Sequence record: SRR22947727_5200
Reading direction: 5' to 3' (one strand)
DNA length: 64,000 bases
This document shows, in pieces, positions 59,133 through 64,000 of the stretch. The number at the start of each line of letters is the position of its first letter. Position 1 is the stretch's first letter. The translations under genes and the position numbers were made by a program. Below the pieces are notes generated by a model that saw only the letters and a list, made by a program, of their open reading frames with translations, was not told the DNA's origin and ran no database searches.

Positions 59133-60182
59133 GTGAGCATCGGGTCAAGAATTCTTCGAGCAGGTATCGCCCTGCTCGCGCTTGGCGCGCTCGCACTCCA
59201 GGGTGGCGCGGCCTGGGGTGCCCTCTGGGTTGTCGAGAACCAGAGGATGATCAAAGACCAGCTAGTGGCGCACCAGTTCGAGACCCCCGAGAACATTGCC
59301 TCCTACATTGACCAGGCCGGACTATCTGACCAAGGGTCTCTGTACTTGAGAACGTCACTGCCTCGCGTGGTACCAGCGTATGAATTTGACCGTTACTGCA
59401 CCCGTAACGAACCCGGCATCGGGGTCCTCGGCTGCTACACCACTCGCGATTCCCGCATTTACCTCTATGACGTGACAGACCCGCGCCTGGAAAGCATCGA
59501 GCCGGTCGTGGCCGCCCACGAAATGCTCCACGCGGTGTGGTTTAGAAAAACGACCGAGGAGCGAAACGCTCTGGCACCGCTTCTGGAAGAGGCTTACGCA
59601 GCACTCGGTCCCGACCACCCTCTGATCGAGCGGATGGCAAGCTATGAGGCTGACAACCCCGCCTCCAGGCTTCCCGAGCTCTATTCGATCATCGGGACAG
59701 AGATTCGAGAGATTCCAGAGGCGCTGGAGGCTCACTATGCCGAGTACTTCGCCAATCGCGCACTCGTCGTCGACCTCGCCGATCGGGTCTATCGGGTCTT
59801 TGACACTCTCCAAGCAGAGCTCGAGCAACTGAGCAACGAGCTTTCGTCTCGAAACGCTGAGATTGAAGGCTTGCGCTTCACCTATGAAGAAACCTCTCGG
59901 GTATTAGCAGGAGACATTGTGGCTTTCAACGAGAAGGCCTCCACACCCGGCGCTTTCCCCTCGAAATCCCAGTTCGAAGCAACGAGAGCAGAGCTCGTGA
60001 CTCGCCAAGAACGTCTCGAGTCAATGCGGATTACTTTGCAAACCAAGATCACGGAATACAACGAGCGTCTCGAGGAGCTCAATACCCTGAACGATGAGGT
60101 GTCTGAGCTGAACCAAGGAATCAACGTCACACTCGAGGAGGAAGAGGAGTTGACACCACCTTCGACGGATATCGAAAGTTAG
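59133..60182 (+). CDS. Exported or membrane-anchored HExxH (zincin-like) protein with a C-terminal coiled coil
   Basis: Hydrophobic N-terminus, GVLGCY, AAHEMLHAVW, ELYSIIGTE and a heptad-rich C-terminal third. Confidence 0.75.
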   Translation: MSIGSRILRAGIALLALGALALQGGAAWGALWVVENQRMIKDQLVAHQFETPENIASYIDQAGLSDQGSLYLRTSLPRVVPAYEFDRYCTRNEPGIGVLGCYTTRDSRIYLYDVTDPRLESIEPVVAAHEMLHAVWFRKTTEERNALAPLLEEAYAALGPDHPLIERMASYEADNPASRLPELYSIIGTEIREIPEALEAHYAEYFANRALVVDLADRVYRVFDTLQAELEQLSNELSSRNAEIEGLRFTYEETSRVLAGDIVAFNEKASTPGAFPSKSQFEATRAELVTRQERLESMRITLQTKITEYNERLEELNTLNDEVSELNQGINVTLEEEEELTPPSTDIES

Positions 60183-60242
60183 TTATCCCCACCCTGCCGG
60201 TACTCTCTCCTCGCTGGGCACGGGCTTCGATACGCTAGCGCC

Positions 60243-60707
60243 ATGACTTTTCACGCCAGCATTGAGAGCCCACTGGGACCTATCGCCCTCACCTCAGATG
60301 GCCGGCACCTGACCAATCTGGACATTGGTCGCCACGTTGCCAATCCCACTACCGACCCCATCATTGACGCAGCGTCCGCTCAGCTGGGGGAATACTTTGC
60401 CGGACACCGCACCGAGTTTGATCTCCCCCTCAAGGCCACGGGGACGGCGTTCCAGGATTCAATTTGGCGAGCACTTCAAGAGATTCCTTTCGGTCACACC
60501 ACCAGTTATGGCGAGCTGGGCCAGGCGTTGGGAAAACCAGGCTCCGCCCGGGCTGTAGGAGGAGCAGTGGGGGCAAACCCTCTGCCCATTGTGATTCCCT
60601 GCCACCGAGTTTTAGCCTCTGATCGTCGGATCACCGGGTACAGCGGTGGGGATGGAATCCCCACCAAAGAGAAGCTTCTCGACCTCGAAAAAATCAGCTA
60701 CCGCTGA
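60243..60707 (+). CDS. ogt: Methylated-DNA--protein-cysteine methyltransferase
   Basis: GTAFQ, IPFG...SYG, RAVG and active site IPCHRV. Confidence 0.96.
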   Translation: MTFHASIESPLGPIALTSDGRHLTNLDIGRHVANPTTDPIIDAASAQLGEYFAGHRTEFDLPLKATGTAFQDSIWRALQEIPFGHTTSYGELGQALGKPGSARAVGGAVGANPLPIVIPCHRVLASDRRITGYSGGDGIPTKEKLLDLEKISYR

Positions 60708-61452
60708 TCACCAGATCAATCACACCCTCGCGCAGCGAGTCTCTGTCGAAGGCGTAGCCGTGGGTCGACCCCCATGCCACAACATCCTCCACACTGTCAC
60801 ACTTAGCACCCGTAATAGCGAGAGATCGAACCAGGGCACCCTTCACTGATTTGTTCGCGTGACCCACCGCTTTCCTGGACCCCGCCGGGCCCTCCTTCAC
60901 GAGAGAGACAAACACTCCCTTCCCCGGAGGAACAGGCGCCAGTTTCCGATATCCCTCGCTCCGCAAATCCAGCACAAAGTCAGGAACCTGCGCCCACAAC
61001 TCTGCGGTCACCTCGGTCCACTGGGCGGCCAATGGGCCCGCTGAGAGTTTTGAGTCGAAGGACAACCGATAGGCGGGAATGGGATCAAAGGCTCTCACCA
61101 ATCCGAACAGGGCTGAGAACACGCCCACCGTGTCTTCCACCCATGCCCGCGGCTCTGGTTCGAGATCGTGGACGCCGAGGGCATCAAATAGCACTCCGGT
61201 GTAGCGCTCGAGTGCGGGCATGACCGGTGAGCGGAGCACTTCTTGATTGCGCTGAACCTCAGGAACGCCTTTGGGGCCCAGCTTCAGCGCCGCCAGCGCT
61301 GCAGTTTCATCCCCAGAGAGCTCCACAACCTGCCGCAGCAATGCGCTTCGCACAGGGTTCTGAGCACCAAAGCTCAGCTGGGAAAGATCGAGCGATGTTC
61401 CTGGATCCCCACCGGAAACTTTCGTCTCCGAGGGTGGCAGCAGGACGAGCAT
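60694..61452 (-). CDS. yaaA: Peroxide stress protein YaaA (DUF328)
   Basis: MLVLLPPSETK, PALERYTGVLF, SALFG and IPAYRLS. Confidence 0.9.
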   Translation of the reverse strand: MLVLLPPSETKVSGGDPGTSLDLSQLSFGAQNPVRSALLRQVVELSGDETAALAALKLGPKGVPEVQRNQEVLRSPVMPALERYTGVLFDALGVHDLEPEPRAWVEDTVGVFSALFGLVRAFDPIPAYRLSFDSKLSAGPLAAQWTEVTAELWAQVPDFVLDLRSEGYRKLAPVPPGKGVFVSLVKEGPAGSRKAVGHANKSVKGALVRSLAITGAKCDSVEDVVAWGSTHGYAFDRDSLREGVIDLVISGS

Positions 61453-61454
61453 GC

Positions 61455-61718
61455 TTAGGACGTAATCTCTGCCAAGCCGGCAACAATAGTCACCTGGTTG
61501 TTGTCCACGGACAGGAAGCCATCCTCCGCCCGAGCGGTGACTTTCAGACCATCCGTCGTGGTGATGCGCACCTCGCCTGCGGAAAGGACACCCAGGGTGG
61601 GTTCGTGACCAGCCAAAATGCCGATCTCGCCCTCTGTGGTGCGCGCAACAACCATCGTTGCCTCCCCCGACCACACTTCGGCGGTCGCGGAGACAACAGT
61701 GACGGTGAGGGTTGACAT
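61455..61718 (-). CDS. atpC: ATP synthase epsilon subunit (beta-sandwich only, 87 aa)
   Basis: VWSGEA...TTEGEIGILAGHEP...GFLSV; follows atpD. Confidence 0.95.
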   Translation of the reverse strand: MSTLTVTVVSATAEVWSGEATMVVARTTEGEIGILAGHEPTLGVLSAGEVRITTTDGLKVTARAEDGFLSVDNNQVTIVAGLAEITS

Positions 61719-61720
61719 CC

Positions 61721-64000
<2,280 letters not shown>

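Overview
A gene-dense, G+C-rich chromosomal segment of an actinobacterium, most likely Microbacteriaceae (inferred from gene order, actinobacterial IleRS2/ValRS types, ThyX, ClpP1P2 and the translational ileS T-box). It is mostly core housekeeping genes: tRNA-Ala, rsfS, nadD, proBA, obgE, rplU-rpmA, rne, ndk, folC, ileS, valS, clpX, clpP1P2, tig, tRNA-Pro, tRNA-Gly, nei, rpiB, pepN, mscS, glbO, tesB, ettA, a second ssb, msrA, rnj, dapA, thyX, dapB, gabT, ald, ogt, yaaA and atpCDG. I found no mobile element, prophage or CRISPR array. The genome looks streamlined: convergent stop codons overlap, many starts look leaderless, and several proteins have lost domains. The best leads are: (1) a near-identical 16-bp palindrome (TCCCC-N6-GGGGA, 14/16 identical) upstream of both a DivIVA-like coiled-coil gene and an orphan EccC/FtsK-like ATPase, the latter next to a degenerate FHA protein and an unknown HExxH protein; (2) a CstR-like sensor plus CoA-disulfide reductase-rhodanese module whose operator lies between two divergent -10 boxes, one serving a DUF2236/MpaB-like gene; (3) a leaderless 15-codon uORF coupled to an EamA transporter; (4) MprA-like direct-repeat promoters; (5) a tRNA-Gly with a non-canonical 2:71 pair. 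All calls come from reading the sequence by eye; no searches were run. Many start codons were re-assigned from the ORF track.
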